A DNA stretch of 64,000 nt from an uncultured candidate division Zixibacteria bacterium (GTDB lineage Bacteria > Zixibacteria > MSB-5A5 > GN15 > FEB-12): contig CAWDXE010000004.1 in NCBI GenBank assembly GCA_963806185.1, forward strand, positions 436,883 to 500,882. The letters are read 5' to 3'. Shown here piece after piece: positions 39,894 to 50,433 of this stretch. The translations under genes were made by a program, and so were the position numbers. Within the stretch, counting starts at the first letter, position 1; each line of letters opens with the position of its first letter. The notes under the pieces are model-generated. The model was given only the letters and a program-made list of their open reading frames with translations. It ran no database searches and had not been told where the DNA came from.

Positions 39894-40649
39894 ATGATCG
39901 ATTTGAGCGCAAAAACTGCGATTATCACCGGTGGATCGCGGGGCATTGGCGCGGCCACCGCTCGCCTTTTCGCCCAGTTCGGATGCCGAGTCCTCATCGA
40001 CTACCATACCAACGAGGCGGCAGCAGCGGAAACCGTGCGCCAAATACGACAGCTTGGTCAGACGGCCGAGACTTTTCGTGCCGACGTATCAAATCTAGTT
40101 CAGTGTCAAGCCTTGGCCAAACGCTGCATTAAACTTTGGGGTCAGATAGATATCCTGGTCAACAACGCCGGCATCTGGGAAGAGGCCCGGATCGAGACCT
40201 TGACGGAGGTACAGCTTCGCAAAATGGTTGACTGCAATCTGTTCGGCCTGTTCTTCCCAACCATGGCGGTTGTGCCGCACATGATAAAGAGGCAATCAGG
40301 AATCATCGTCAACATTTCGTCCACCGCCGGACAGAGGGGAGAGACAAATCATTCTCATTACGCGGCCACCAAAGGAGCAGTGATCAGCGCCACAAAATCC
40401 TGGGCGACAGAATTGATCGACGACAACATACGGGTGAATTGCGTTGCCCCGGGATGGGTGGATACCGAAATGAGCGAAGAGGCACTTAACTCTCCCGATC
40501 GAGACCGCCATCTGCGTCTCATACCTCTGGGCCGCCCCGCCACCCCTGACGAAATAGCCAATGCGGTGCTCTATCTTGCTTCGGACGCTTCTTCTTTCGT
40601 CGTTGGCGAGATTCTCAATGTCAATGGCGGCGCGGTTCTCTGCGGATGA
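39894..40649 (+). CDS. Short-chain dehydrogenase/reductase (FabG-like)
   Basis: TGGSRGIG, NNAG, YAATK. ATG 39894 follows GGAGG. Confidence 0.92.
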   Translation: MIDLSAKTAIITGGSRGIGAATARLFAQFGCRVLIDYHTNEAAAAETVRQIRQLGQTAETFRADVSNLVQCQALAKRCIKLWGQIDILVNNAGIWEEARIETLTEVQLRKMVDCNLFGLFFPTMAVVPHMIKRQSGIIVNISSTAGQRGETNHSHYAATKGAVISATKSWATELIDDNIRVNCVAPGWVDTEMSEEALNSPDRDRHLRLIPLGRPATPDEIANAVLYLASDASSFVVGEILNVNGGAVLCG

Positions 40650-40662
40650 TGCACATAATGAT

Positions 40663-40690
40663 AACCCCCGCGCCATGCCGCGTGGGGGTT
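40663..40690. terminator. Hairpin between convergent genes (possible bidirectional terminator)
   Basis: AACCCCCGCGC-CATGCC-GCGTGGGGGTT. Confidence 0.5.
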
Positions 40691-40746
40691 AACCAATTCG
40701 AATACGTCCGGCGGAACTGCGCCTTCCTATCCCTCCGTTTGAAGAC

Positions 40747-42201
40747 TCAATTCAGATCGGGGTCTTTGAGCTCAATCGATGTGATCGGTCCAAAATCATC
40801 GAGCGGCTTCTCGAACTCAGACGGTTTTCCGACTACCACGTAGGTCATCGCCGAAGGCGTAAGGTATTTCTGCGCGGCCACCTTGATGTCGTCCTGCGTG
40901 ACTTTCCGATAGTTGTCCAGGTATGAGGCGTAAAAGTCAGGTGGCCAGCCATCATATTCCAGGGCCATCAGATTGCGCACAATTTTGCCGGCATTATCGA
41001 AGTTGAATACCAGCCGGTTGGTCGCTGCATCCCTGGCCTCCTGCAGTTCCTGATCCGTCACACCCTGATCATGTATCTTGGCGATTTCTTCGGAAATGAT
41101 CGCAATCGCTTTGTGCGCGGTTGCCGCCTTGGTCTGACAGAACGCGTTGAAGGTGCCGAAGTCGCGCTGATCAACATCGAATTGTGATCCCGTCCGATAG
41201 GCCAGCCCTTCATCCGATCGAACTCGCGACGTAAGTCTCGACGTAAACGACCCGCCGCCGAGTATATAATTGAGCAACTGGATGGCATAGCGATCCGGAT
41301 TATCACGCTTGATGCCCAATTGTCCAATCATGATATAGGCCTGATTGATCTCTTTGGGCACTAGGTAAACGCCCGGATGCTGGGCAACCTGCACCGGGGG
41401 AGTAACCATAGGGGCCGCGGCTGATCTCGGCCAATCTCCGAAAACCTGCTTTAGCTGCGCGAGGACATCCGCTTTGGAGAAGTCACCGGAGATACCCAGC
41501 ATGATGTTGTTCGGGTGGAAGTAACGGGCGTGATAGTCATTCAGGTCCTGAACCGTCACCGCCTTGATCGTCGACCAATCCATAACCCGGCCGTACGGAT
41601 GATCGCCATACAGGATATTGGAGAACGTTCGTCCCACCACGCCATTCGGCTCGTCATTGCGCCGCTTGATCATGTTTTTGACGTCGTTCTTCGCCAGATC
41701 GAGCTTGTCCTGCGGAAAGGCTGGATGTCGAAGCAGGTCGGCGAGCAGCGTCAGACCGATCACCCGATCCTTTGCCATTACGCCCAGCGTCGCCGAACCG
41801 CTTTCCATCCCGATTCGAGTTTCAAGGGTGCCGCCCATGAATTCCATGAGATTGTTGAGCGAGTCGCCTGATACGGTCGTCGTCCCGCCGGTACGCATCA
41901 CCGTCCCGACCAGGTCCGAAAGTCCCGTCTTTTCAGACGCGTCGGCGATGGCACCGCAGCGAATCATGGCCTGGACATTGAATACCGGCAGGCGATGATC
42001 TTCGTACAGGTAGATCACCATCCCGTTGTCCAGCACGATCCGCTCGACATCTTTTCCGACCTGCGGAATGGTCAGGGAGATGGGGGAGGCGGACAACTTG
42101 GTGATGATCTTCGAGCCCGGCGATTTGGCAACATCGCCCTGGGCCGCGGTCGATATCGCCAGCGCGGTGATGATACCCATTGTTACTATGTATTTTTTCA
42201 T
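40747..42201 (-). CDS. M16 family non-catalytic subunit (pair 2)
   Basis: VLDNGMVIYLYEDH, SRLTSRVRSDEGLAY, no HxxEH. ATG 42201 (MKKYIV) follows AGGGAG. Confidence 0.88.
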   Translation of the reverse strand: MKKYIVTMGIITALAISTAAQGDVAKSPGSKIITKLSASPISLTIPQVGKDVERIVLDNGMVIYLYEDHRLPVFNVQAMIRCGAIADASEKTGLSDLVGTVMRTGGTTTVSGDSLNNLMEFMGGTLETRIGMESGSATLGVMAKDRVIGLTLLADLLRHPAFPQDKLDLAKNDVKNMIKRRNDEPNGVVGRTFSNILYGDHPYGRVMDWSTIKAVTVQDLNDYHARYFHPNNIMLGISGDFSKADVLAQLKQVFGDWPRSAAAPMVTPPVQVAQHPGVYLVPKEINQAYIMIGQLGIKRDNPDRYAIQLLNYILGGGSFTSRLTSRVRSDEGLAYRTGSQFDVDQRDFGTFNAFCQTKAATAHKAIAIISEEIAKIHDQGVTDQELQEARDAATNRLVFNFDNAGKIVRNLMALEYDGWPPDFYASYLDNYRKVTQDDIKVAAQKYLTPSAMTYVVVGKPSEFEKPLDDFGPITSIELKDPDLN

Positions 42202-42218
42202 GTTTCTTTTCTCCCTGC

Positions 42219-43766
42219 TCAATTGGGGCGTCCCACGGGTGCGGAGGCGGGCTGCTCGGCGACCCGTTCCTTTGTCCCGGCCGTCTTGACAATGTACGCT
42301 ACCGTACGATTACGCTTCACCAGATACTGGGTGACCACGCGCTTCACATCGTCCGCAGTGACTCTCTTCACCGCCTCATTCCGGTCGATGAACGTGCGCC
42401 AGTTACCCGATGCGCTCTCACTTGATGCCAGGCGCATGGCCAGGCCATTGTTCGATTCCAGTGATCGGGTGAACTGTGCGTCAATCTGATTGCGGACCTT
42501 CTGCAGTTCCCACTCTGTCACCGGTTCAGTCTTCAACCGTTCAATTTCGGCGTAGATTGCCTCTTCAAGCTCGCCCACAGTATGAGTACCGTAGGGAGTG
42601 AGCTGGCAATAAAACGTACTAGGATAACGGGCGTAGTCGACGTCGGCCGACGCATTGCCAAGTTTCTTTTCCCGAATATTGTGATAGAATCGGCTGGTGC
42701 GACCGTTGGACAACAAAGCGGCCGCAACCTGTAGGGCCGGAAGATCCGGATGTCCCATAGCCGGCGTTGCCCAGGTAACGAAGGCCATGGGATTGGCGTC
42801 GTATTCGACTTCGATGCGACGTTCTCCCATGTGCGGGGCGTCGACGGTGACCACGGGCTTGGGCAGAGGTTGAGGGGGGATGGCGGCAAAGTACCGGTCG
42901 CAGAGTTTGAACACTTCCTCAGCATTGACATCTCCGACAATCGCCGCGACGGCATTTGAGGGCGAATAGTGGGAGCGAAAATAATCTTCGACGTCCTCAC
43001 GCAGGACGGTGTGTAGATCGCTCATCCAACCGACAACCGGCCATTTATACGGTGAGGCCCAGAAAGTCGCTGCCGACACGGCCTCGTCCAGTCGACCGCG
43101 CGCCTGATTCTCCACGCTCAGTCGTCGCTCTTCCATGACGACATCGCGCTCGGAATAGAACTCGCGCAGAACGAGATTGGCCAGGCGGTCGCTTTCCAGA
43201 AATGCCCACAGCTCCAGCCGATTTTTGGGCAACGACACGTAGTATTGTGTGCCGTCATTTCCGGTCGACGCGTTTAGGCCCGTGCCGCCGTTTTGCAGGT
43301 ACGTCGACCAAAGCTCATCTTTGATCACGTACTTCTTCTCCTCTGCCTGGACGTCAGCAATCTTCTGCCGAAGCGCTTTGTAGTTCGTCGAATCGGGCGC
43401 TCCCTGATTGGCCGCCAGAAATGCCTGTTCGGCGTACATCAGGTGCGCGAGCGAATCTATCCGCTTCATTAACGGCACCTCGGCCGTGTAATCGCTCGTG
43501 CCAATGATTTTGGTCCCCTTGAACAGCATATGCTCAAGCAGATGAGACGTGCCGGTGATGCCGGGGTGCTCGTCCACCGATCCGGTGTTGAATCGAATGA
43601 TGGACGAAAAGACAGGCGCCGAATGGTTTTCCAGCACCAAAATGCGCATGCCGTTCTTCAATGTGTGCTTCTTGACATCGAGCTGCACGGAGCCGGTTTG
43701 AGCCGCCGCACCGGTGATCAGAAGGAACAACACGCTGAACGTGATTCCCAATGGCTGCAGTCGCAC
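42219..43766 (-). CDS. M16 family zinc peptidase, catalytic subunit (pair 2)
   Basis: SHLLEHMLFKGT, LNAST, EERRL. GTG 43766 follows AAAGGAG and gives a signal peptide. Confidence 0.9.
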   Translation of the reverse strand: MRLQPLGITFSVLFLLITGAAAQTGSVQLDVKKHTLKNGMRILVLENHSAPVFSSIIRFNTGSVDEHPGITGTSHLLEHMLFKGTKIIGTSDYTAEVPLMKRIDSLAHLMYAEQAFLAANQGAPDSTNYKALRQKIADVQAEEKKYVIKDELWSTYLQNGGTGLNASTGNDGTQYYVSLPKNRLELWAFLESDRLANLVLREFYSERDVVMEERRLSVENQARGRLDEAVSAATFWASPYKWPVVGWMSDLHTVLREDVEDYFRSHYSPSNAVAAIVGDVNAEEVFKLCDRYFAAIPPQPLPKPVVTVDAPHMGERRIEVEYDANPMAFVTWATPAMGHPDLPALQVAAALLSNGRTSRFYHNIREKKLGNASADVDYARYPSTFYCQLTPYGTHTVGELEEAIYAEIERLKTEPVTEWELQKVRNQIDAQFTRSLESNNGLAMRLASSESASGNWRTFIDRNEAVKRVTADDVKRVVTQYLVKRNRTVAYIVKTAGTKERVAEQPASAPVGRPN

Positions 43767-44024
43767 AGATTCTCTCCTTTTCTGTGATGGTAGGTCAACC
43801 ACGATATGTGACGAGGCTTTGGTCATCTTGTTTCTGTCGCCCAATATCACTCGTCCTGGGCCGACTCGCAAGTGACTATTGCGAACCGCCCGAACATTCA
43901 GTGGCGCTCGCTCGTTGAATCCGAAGGCGGGTTGCGCGATGCGATCACAAACGGAGATTGCAAAATGGCCCCGCAGGTCATATATTGCATTGTCCAATAT
44001 GCAAATATCATCGAAGTGTGCTCG

Positions 44025-46544
44025 ATGGCATTCGGCAAATCGATAAGCGCTGCCATCTTTTGGGTTGCGTTCGGCGTCACTGGTGCCTGGTCCGCCGACG
44101 ATCTCTCAACCATTGCCCGCGAGCCTGATCAATTGCCCTACGAGCTTAACTGCCGCCGCTACGAGACGCAACCGCTGGGCTGGCACGAATGTGCGGACGT
44201 CGATGGAGACGGTCAGCGCGAATACCTTTGCGGGTACTCCCGTCCCGGCGACAACTGCTCTTTCTCGAGTGCCGTCCTCTGCTATACGTCGCTTTACAAA
44301 GTTGAATTCAGATCCCAGTACAACGGACCGTTCATGACTTCCAAGATCTGGAACCACTTCTTGATGGATTTGGACGGAATTCCGGGTGATGAGGTCATCC
44401 TGATCAAGACCCAGCGCGACTCGATCATCATGGAAATTCTCTCCTACGGGAAAGATCTTGAGGTGAGAGATACAACCCTTGTCATCGCCGCTGTCGGGCG
44501 GAATCTTCCCTCGCCCGGCGCATGGCAGGCAGTCCATTGCACCCCCCTGGCGAGCATCGATCTTAACCATGATGGCTTCCCGGACCTGCTCTACAGTCGA
44601 ACAGCAAAGCCGGATAGCGCCTTTGAGCGCGCCGTTGTCGCGTATGATCTGAAGAACCAACGTCCGCTCTGGAATTTCAGCCTTGGCGATCAGACCAACC
44701 GCGATCAGTTCCATGTGCTCCCAGTTCGCGGTGGAGATACGCTGCTCGTGTTCGGTGTCCTGTCGACCGGCAACAGGTACAAGTCATTTAATGGCTTCGA
44801 CAGTCGCATCTCGTATCTGGTGGCGCTCGACCGGACCGGCAGAGAGCGATGGCGGAAGGAAGTAGGCGGGATATTCTTCTATACTGAGTGTGAAGCGGCC
44901 GACTTGAATCGCGACGGCTGGTCGGACATTATAGCCACCGTCCAGCCCCTGGGTGATTCGGTGCCGATGATTACTCTTCAGGCGTACGATGCGCTGAGTG
45001 GCGATCTAATCGCAAAGTCACAAGCCATCCCGGCTGTTCGAGCACAACTCTTCGTCCGGGAAGACTCATCGACGCGCCCCCTTCTGATTGGCAACTTCTG
45101 TGACGGCACCGTTACCACGGTGTTTCGGTTCAACTCCAATATAAGTTTCAATGCGGCCTGCCGTGGCGCGTCCGCCTTTGCCGTCGACGACATGAACGCC
45201 GACGGCGAGATCGACATCGCCGCATTCGCCGAGGCCGGCCGAATCGCCGTGCTCAACGAGGCGCTCCACGTCGTCGCCTTTGGACCCGTCGACGTTCGCT
45301 ACGATCCGCCGCAGTCTCGGCCGGTAAAGCCCTTTCTGTTGTACAGCAAGAACTACCTGCTCATGCAAGTCGAGATGACAAAGCGACCACTGCTCGTTGT
45401 TCTGTGGGCTAAATATGAGTGGCTGGTCATCGGGTTCCTCTGCCTGTCGTTTGTTCTGGCTGTGGTATTCCGGGTCCAGTTGCGCCGCATGTATCTTGAT
45501 GTCGCCGGCGTCCCCGGACTGGATCGCGTCGATTCACTCGTATTAGTTATCAGCCGTACGGGTAACCTGCTTTACTGCAATCATCACGCTTTGAAGGATA
45601 GACTCATTGGATCCGATAATTCCACGCACCGACCACTTGCCGCGTCTGGCCTGATTGATTTCCCCGGACTGCTGGAATTGTTGGATCGGTCTCTCGACCC
45701 GCTCTTTACGCCGGTCACCGAGCAGCTAAGCGTACAATCGTCTGACGGGCCGCTGCGGCTCAGTGTGGCCATCTATCCACGACTGGATCGCAGCCGGAAG
45801 TACGACGGCAAGATTGTTGTTATCGAGAATATCACCAATAAAGCCGACTGGCAGAGGAAGGTTGTCCTGGGTGATGCCGCTCAACGATGGATGCACAAGC
45901 TCAAAGGCAACCTGGCTACGGCCCGCATACAGCTGGACAATCTCCGCGAAGACAAGCGACTGGCCGCCATATCAGGTGATCCTGTACTCGACGGCTATCT
46001 CAAACAGATCAGCGAGAACCTGGAACAAACCGCACAGACGGCCCGCAAGGTTCTTCGGTTCACGTCGATCGGCCCACCAATCCGCACGGCCGTAGATCTG
46101 AACGTACTGGTGTGTGAGGCCCTTTCAATCTTTGAGATATGCCACCAACAGCGCATCGCTGTCGTCAAATCACTACAGGCCGATCTGCCGACCGTACGGG
46201 TGGACGCCTCTCAATTCGGCGAGGTTCTGGATAACTTGTTGTCCAATGCCGCCTTGGCCATCCAAGGTCAAGGAAGCGTCATGGTCTCAACTCAATTGGC
46301 AAGTAACTTGCCAAGCGGTAAGAAGAGATCAGCCGTGGAACTGTGGGTGGCCGATACAGGCGTGGGCGTCGGGGCTGACGATATCACCAGAATCTTCACT
46401 CCCGGTTTCAGCAGGCGAAACAGCACTGGTGTCGGATTGGCCCTGGTAAAAGAGGTGGTTGAGAGTCATGGCGGCTCTATCACAGTCGAAAGTGAACTCG
46501 GAAAGGGAACTCGCTTCCGAATCCGTGTTCCCCTGGAGGATTGA
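44025..46544 (+). CDS. Sensor histidine kinase with extracellular FG-GAP/beta-propeller domain
   Basis: Signal peptide, DxDGDG repeats, one TM helix, H-box WMHKLKGNL, N-box NLLSNA, DTGVG, GVGLALVK, G2 GKGTRF. Start approximate. Confidence 0.88.
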   Translation: MAFGKSISAAIFWVAFGVTGAWSADDLSTIAREPDQLPYELNCRRYETQPLGWHECADVDGDGQREYLCGYSRPGDNCSFSSAVLCYTSLYKVEFRSQYNGPFMTSKIWNHFLMDLDGIPGDEVILIKTQRDSIIMEILSYGKDLEVRDTTLVIAAVGRNLPSPGAWQAVHCTPLASIDLNHDGFPDLLYSRTAKPDSAFERAVVAYDLKNQRPLWNFSLGDQTNRDQFHVLPVRGGDTLLVFGVLSTGNRYKSFNGFDSRISYLVALDRTGRERWRKEVGGIFFYTECEAADLNRDGWSDIIATVQPLGDSVPMITLQAYDALSGDLIAKSQAIPAVRAQLFVREDSSTRPLLIGNFCDGTVTTVFRFNSNISFNAACRGASAFAVDDMNADGEIDIAAFAEAGRIAVLNEALHVVAFGPVDVRYDPPQSRPVKPFLLYSKNYLLMQVEMTKRPLLVVLWAKYEWLVIGFLCLSFVLAVVFRVQLRRMYLDVAGVPGLDRVDSLVLVISRTGNLLYCNHHALKDRLIGSDNSTHRPLAASGLIDFPGLLELLDRSLDPLFTPVTEQLSVQSSDGPLRLSVAIYPRLDRSRKYDGKIVVIENITNKADWQRKVVLGDAAQRWMHKLKGNLATARIQLDNLREDKRLAAISGDPVLDGYLKQISENLEQTAQTARKVLRFTSIGPPIRTAVDLNVLVCEALSIFEICHQQRIAVVKSLQADLPTVRVDASQFGEVLDNLLSNAALAIQGQGSVMVSTQLASNLPSGKKRSAVELWVADTGVGVGADDITRIFTPGFSRRNSTGVGLALVKEVVESHGGSITVESELGKGTRFRIRVPLED

Positions 46545-46548
46545 TCGC

Positions 46549-47922
46549 ATGCACGAACCCGACACAGAAAAACCCACCGTCCTGGTGGCGGATAACGACG
46601 CTTCGTTCGCGCAGGCATTCGCTCAAATGCTCCAGCTCCGAGGGTATGTCACTCGGATCATCACCGATGCCGGTGAGGTTGTCGACCGGGTAAATTCGGA
46701 AACGTATGACCTCCTGACTCTGGACCTGGACTGGGGGCGCGACGACCTGAACGGATTGGACTTGTTGCGTAGTGTGCTGTCTGTCGACCCATTGTTACCG
46801 ATCATTGTGCTCACCGAACACGCCTCGATCGGGTCAGCGGTCGAAGCTACACGAGGTGGCGCGTTTGATTACCTGGAGAAAATCGGGGATCGGGAGAAGA
46901 CTTTATTGACGGTCCGCAATGCGATTGATTCGGGACGACTTCGTCGGGAGAATCGTACCTTTCTGAGGGAAATAAAGAACAAGTATGAACTGGTCGGATG
47001 CAGTGCGGCCATGGCGGAAGTCAAGGAGCAGATACGCAAAGTAGCTCCCACTAGTTCTGCGGTCCTGATTTGCGGTGAGAGCGGCACAGGCAAAGAACTT
47101 GTCGCCCGTCAGATTCACTACGCCAGCACGAGGCGAGAACGAAATTTCGTGACTTTCGATGCCGGTAAGACGACCGATGAACTTGTTGACAGCGAACTCT
47201 TCGGACACTGCCGCGGCGCGTTTACCGGCGCGCTACAGGATCGGCAGGGTTTGATCAGTGACGCCGAAGGGGGAACCCTGTTCCTCGATGAGATTTCCAA
47301 CGCCTCGCTTGAGCTGCAGAAGAAGCTGCTGCGCGTCCTGCAGGAGAGGGAGTATCGCAGAGTAGGGGAGAACCCGTGGCGCAAATGCAACATTCGTCTC
47401 ATCGTCGCCAGCAATCGCAATCTCCCGGAGCTGGTCGCTCAAGGCAACTTCCGCGAAGATCTCTACTATCGACTCAAAGTCTTCGAGATAACCGTACCAC
47501 CGCTGCGGACACGAAAAGACGACATTGCCCCCTTGGTGAAGCACTTCACGGCAATGAAGTCAGTTCACGAATTCGGCAGAGAACTGCAACTCCCCGCTGA
47601 CGCAATAAACCTGTTCCTTGACGGAAACTGGCCGGGCAACGTGCGAGAACTGGCCAACACCATCGAAAAAATCATCGTGCTTTCAGGTGGAGGACAGATC
47701 GGGGTGGCCGACGTTAGTGAAGCACTTGGTGCGAAGCCAGTCCAGCAGGAGAACGAACTGACGTCCCTTAACGACATGACCCGGGAGTTCAAACGTCAAT
47801 GTCTGATCAAAGCGATAAACCTGGCTGACGGCAAGGTTGCGAAAGCGGCCGATATTCTCCAAATAGACCGCACTCACCTGTATAAGCTGCTTCACGAGTA
47901 TCATCTCAAGGAATTCATCTGA
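46549..47922 (+). CDS. sigma54-dependent response regulator (NtrC family: REC-AAA-Fis HTH)
   Basis: GESGTGKELVA, GAFTGA, LFLDEI, FREDLYYRL, WPGNVREL, C-terminal HTH. Confidence 0.95.
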   Translation: MHEPDTEKPTVLVADNDASFAQAFAQMLQLRGYVTRIITDAGEVVDRVNSETYDLLTLDLDWGRDDLNGLDLLRSVLSVDPLLPIIVLTEHASIGSAVEATRGGAFDYLEKIGDREKTLLTVRNAIDSGRLRRENRTFLREIKNKYELVGCSAAMAEVKEQIRKVAPTSSAVLICGESGTGKELVARQIHYASTRRERNFVTFDAGKTTDELVDSELFGHCRGAFTGALQDRQGLISDAEGGTLFLDEISNASLELQKKLLRVLQEREYRRVGENPWRKCNIRLIVASNRNLPELVAQGNFREDLYYRLKVFEITVPPLRTRKDDIAPLVKHFTAMKSVHEFGRELQLPADAINLFLDGNWPGNVRELANTIEKIIVLSGGGQIGVADVSEALGAKPVQQENELTSLNDMTREFKRQCLIKAINLADGKVAKAADILQIDRTHLYKLLHEYHLKEFI

Positions 47923-47937
47923 ACGGCGGGCCCATGA

Positions 47938-47987
47938 TGTTGCTACAGCGCAACATGCCACCCAGCAGCGGTTGCCAAATGGAAACA
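47938..47987. promoter_or_regulatory. Putative tandem binding sites (UAS) for the sigma54 activator
   Basis: TGTTGCTACAGCGCAACA (47938-47955) and GGTTGCCAAATGGAAACA (47970-47987). TGT-N12-ACA type, 32 bp apart. Confidence 0.45.
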
Positions 47988-48051
47988 GGCGACCTCCTCG
48001 CCGGCGCGCCGCCTGTTCGTTGATTCCTGGTTCAGAGGCTTCTCACCAGCC

Positions 48052-50433
48052 CTATTGACAGGCGGGCAGAGCCTGGAAGCTGATAAACAGATTGTCGATT
48101 AGGTTCGTCAGGTCGCCGATGTCGACCTGGTTGCCTGCGTCCCCGTCGCAATTAGCTTCTTCCTTGCAGCACAACGGCGTGAAACTGATGAACAGATTGT
48201 CGATCAGCACCGTCAGGTCGCCGATATCGACGCCATCACCTGCCCCACAGTCAACATTTCCGGTCAGGCCAACACAGCAGCCGGCACCGGCCACTGCGAC
48301 GTCATCGACGTACCACCCTTCCTCCACCGTGGCGCCGTCGGAGGCAAACCGGAAGGCGACTTGCACCACTCCACTATGGCCGGCCAGATCAAACGTCTCC
48401 AGTGTCCACGCCTGTTGGTTTGAAAAACACGGAGTCAGGGGCGCGAAATTGCCGTCCGTCACATCAACCACGCGATATGGGTATCCGCCATCGGGGGTCA
48501 ATTGCGTCCAGTTGTAACCATCGGAGGAGATCATCACCACGCCGCCGTCCCAGGCTGTCGTGTCATCGAATATTTCGGCGGCCATCCAGTGCCACATCTT
48601 CAGTTGCGGATCGCTCGGCAGGAGAAATGGAGGAGAGATGAGCCAGGCGTCCACCATGTTTGCATACGAGCCGCTACCGGCGCCGCCCATTTTCCAGCTC
48701 TGCGTGCCTCCGTGGACCCGATTGGTCTCGAGATGCCACTGATCGATGAAGGCCGGTGTTGGCGTCTGGTGTGACCAGTACCCCTGCCCGCTTTCTGCAT
48801 CCTCAGTCAACCCGGCGGTATTGCCGGCAAACAGCAGGATAGTGTCGGCCGAAGAGTACCCTCCAGCCGCCACGATGTTGAGCGCCACCAGCGCTGTATG
48901 CGGATCCGGACATCCTGGAGCAAATTGCAGCCTGAAGGGAGTCAGCGATGTCCCTTCACCCCGCCAGGGGATATCATTGTAATTTGCTGTAGGATTAATA
49001 ACGGTAACATACGGGTCGGACGACGTCACCGAAACTGAGATACCCGTAGCATCGAGGCCCGTATTACCCAGTGTGACGGTCAGGTCGACAGTTTCGCCGG
49101 CCTCAGCGTGCCCATCCCCATTTCCGTTGAATTCGGTCAACGTGCTGGCATGACGCTCCAAGTAGGGTGTGTTGAGAGGGTGCAGGTGAGTCGTCATAGA
49201 TTCGATATCCGCCGGACAATGATTGTTCGGCTCCCAGTAACAATACAGGCTGTCGAGCACGTACCACGCTGTCGCGGTGCCTCCCCATCCATAGTTCATG
49301 TGAAATTCAGGCTTGCCATTGCTGTCGCGCCAGCCGTCGCACACAATTGCGTGTCGGCTGATAGTATACAGAATGACCCGGCTGGCATTGATTTCCTCCT
49401 GAATAAGGGAGAACCACCCGGACAAGTCGTGCAGACTGCGGTATTCCTTGCGTGCGTCAGGTGCGTATCTGAAGTAGTTCGTGTATACCTCTGGTGCGAT
49501 ACTCGTATACGCCCCGGAGGCGCAACTTCCGTAATCCATATCAAACGCCACCCCCACTTCGTATGACAACTCAGCCAGCGCCGCCTGCTGTACCGTCGTG
49601 CAGCCACCGGGACAGGAATCCGGCATATTGGCCCAGTCATACGGATCGGAGAAATCAGCGGTCAAATCCTGGCTTGGCGTCGAGCCGCCGCAGGAATTGT
49701 CGCCTGCCCAGGTGTAGGTGTGACTGCCGACACCCGTCGTCGGCCAATTCCAGTATTTCATGATTTGCGCCGCCGCCGTAGCCACACAGCCGACGACCGT
49801 CGTTTTGCCGCTGTCACCCACTGGACACAGGTTATTATAAGGTGCCCGTTGTTTCCAGCCGGTAGTCGTAAGTGGGCCTACTGATGCGAACGGCATCTTC
49901 TTGGCGAACATGCGCGCCTTGAATTGGTCATTGCTGATCAGAAGTTCGTCCCAGTGTGCCCGGTGCTGTCTACTGAATACCGCGTCACCGGCAGGCGGTT
50001 GCGGCGCCTCGAGACTGCCAAACTGCCGGACATAATCGCCATAAAGGAGCGAGAAGGACTCGCTGATCATGGCAATCACGCCTCCCTCCTGTAAGCTGTC
50101 CAGATTCGTCTCGTCCGAATACATCTTCACCGGCGACATTTCCTTGAGGACCGGTACAAGAACAAACCCCCGAGGTGCGATGTCAAACCATCTCGCCACC
50201 ACCGTGTCGCCCGAGTATATGTCATTGGACGTGATTATTTGCGGATTTGACTCTCCGGCCCAAGCTCCGGTGAATGCCACCTGTTGGGTGAGCCAGTTCT
50301 GACAAACCTGCTGCATTTCCTCCTGGGAGGCAACCTCGCCTTTGACACCTGACACTGCTACAAAGGCCAGTGCCAGAAACGCGATCGTTGTCGGCAGGGC
50401 ATAACTACGGAGAAGTGTGCGCCCGAACTTCAT
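48052..50433 (-). CDS. C10 (streptopain-like) cysteine peptidase with propeptide, accessory beta domains and Cys-rich dockerin
   Basis: VVGCVATAAAQIMKYW, HAIVCDG, HMNYGWGG. ATG 50433 follows GGAGGA. C-terminus CCVGLTGNVDC...LPACQ. Confidence 0.9.
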   Translation of the reverse strand: MKFGRTLLRSYALPTTIAFLALAFVAVSGVKGEVASQEEMQQVCQNWLTQQVAFTGAWAGESNPQIITSNDIYSGDTVVARWFDIAPRGFVLVPVLKEMSPVKMYSDETNLDSLQEGGVIAMISESFSLLYGDYVRQFGSLEAPQPPAGDAVFSRQHRAHWDELLISNDQFKARMFAKKMPFASVGPLTTTGWKQRAPYNNLCPVGDSGKTTVVGCVATAAAQIMKYWNWPTTGVGSHTYTWAGDNSCGGSTPSQDLTADFSDPYDWANMPDSCPGGCTTVQQAALAELSYEVGVAFDMDYGSCASGAYTSIAPEVYTNYFRYAPDARKEYRSLHDLSGWFSLIQEEINASRVILYTISRHAIVCDGWRDSNGKPEFHMNYGWGGTATAWYVLDSLYCYWEPNNHCPADIESMTTHLHPLNTPYLERHASTLTEFNGNGDGHAEAGETVDLTVTLGNTGLDATGISVSVTSSDPYVTVINPTANYNDIPWRGEGTSLTPFRLQFAPGCPDPHTALVALNIVAAGGYSSADTILLFAGNTAGLTEDAESGQGYWSHQTPTPAFIDQWHLETNRVHGGTQSWKMGGAGSGSYANMVDAWLISPPFLLPSDPQLKMWHWMAAEIFDDTTAWDGGVVMISSDGYNWTQLTPDGGYPYRVVDVTDGNFAPLTPCFSNQQAWTLETFDLAGHSGVVQVAFRFASDGATVEEGWYVDDVAVAGAGCCVGLTGNVDCGAGDGVDIGDLTVLIDNLFISFTPLCCKEEANCDGDAGNQVDIGDLTNLIDNLFISFQALPACQ

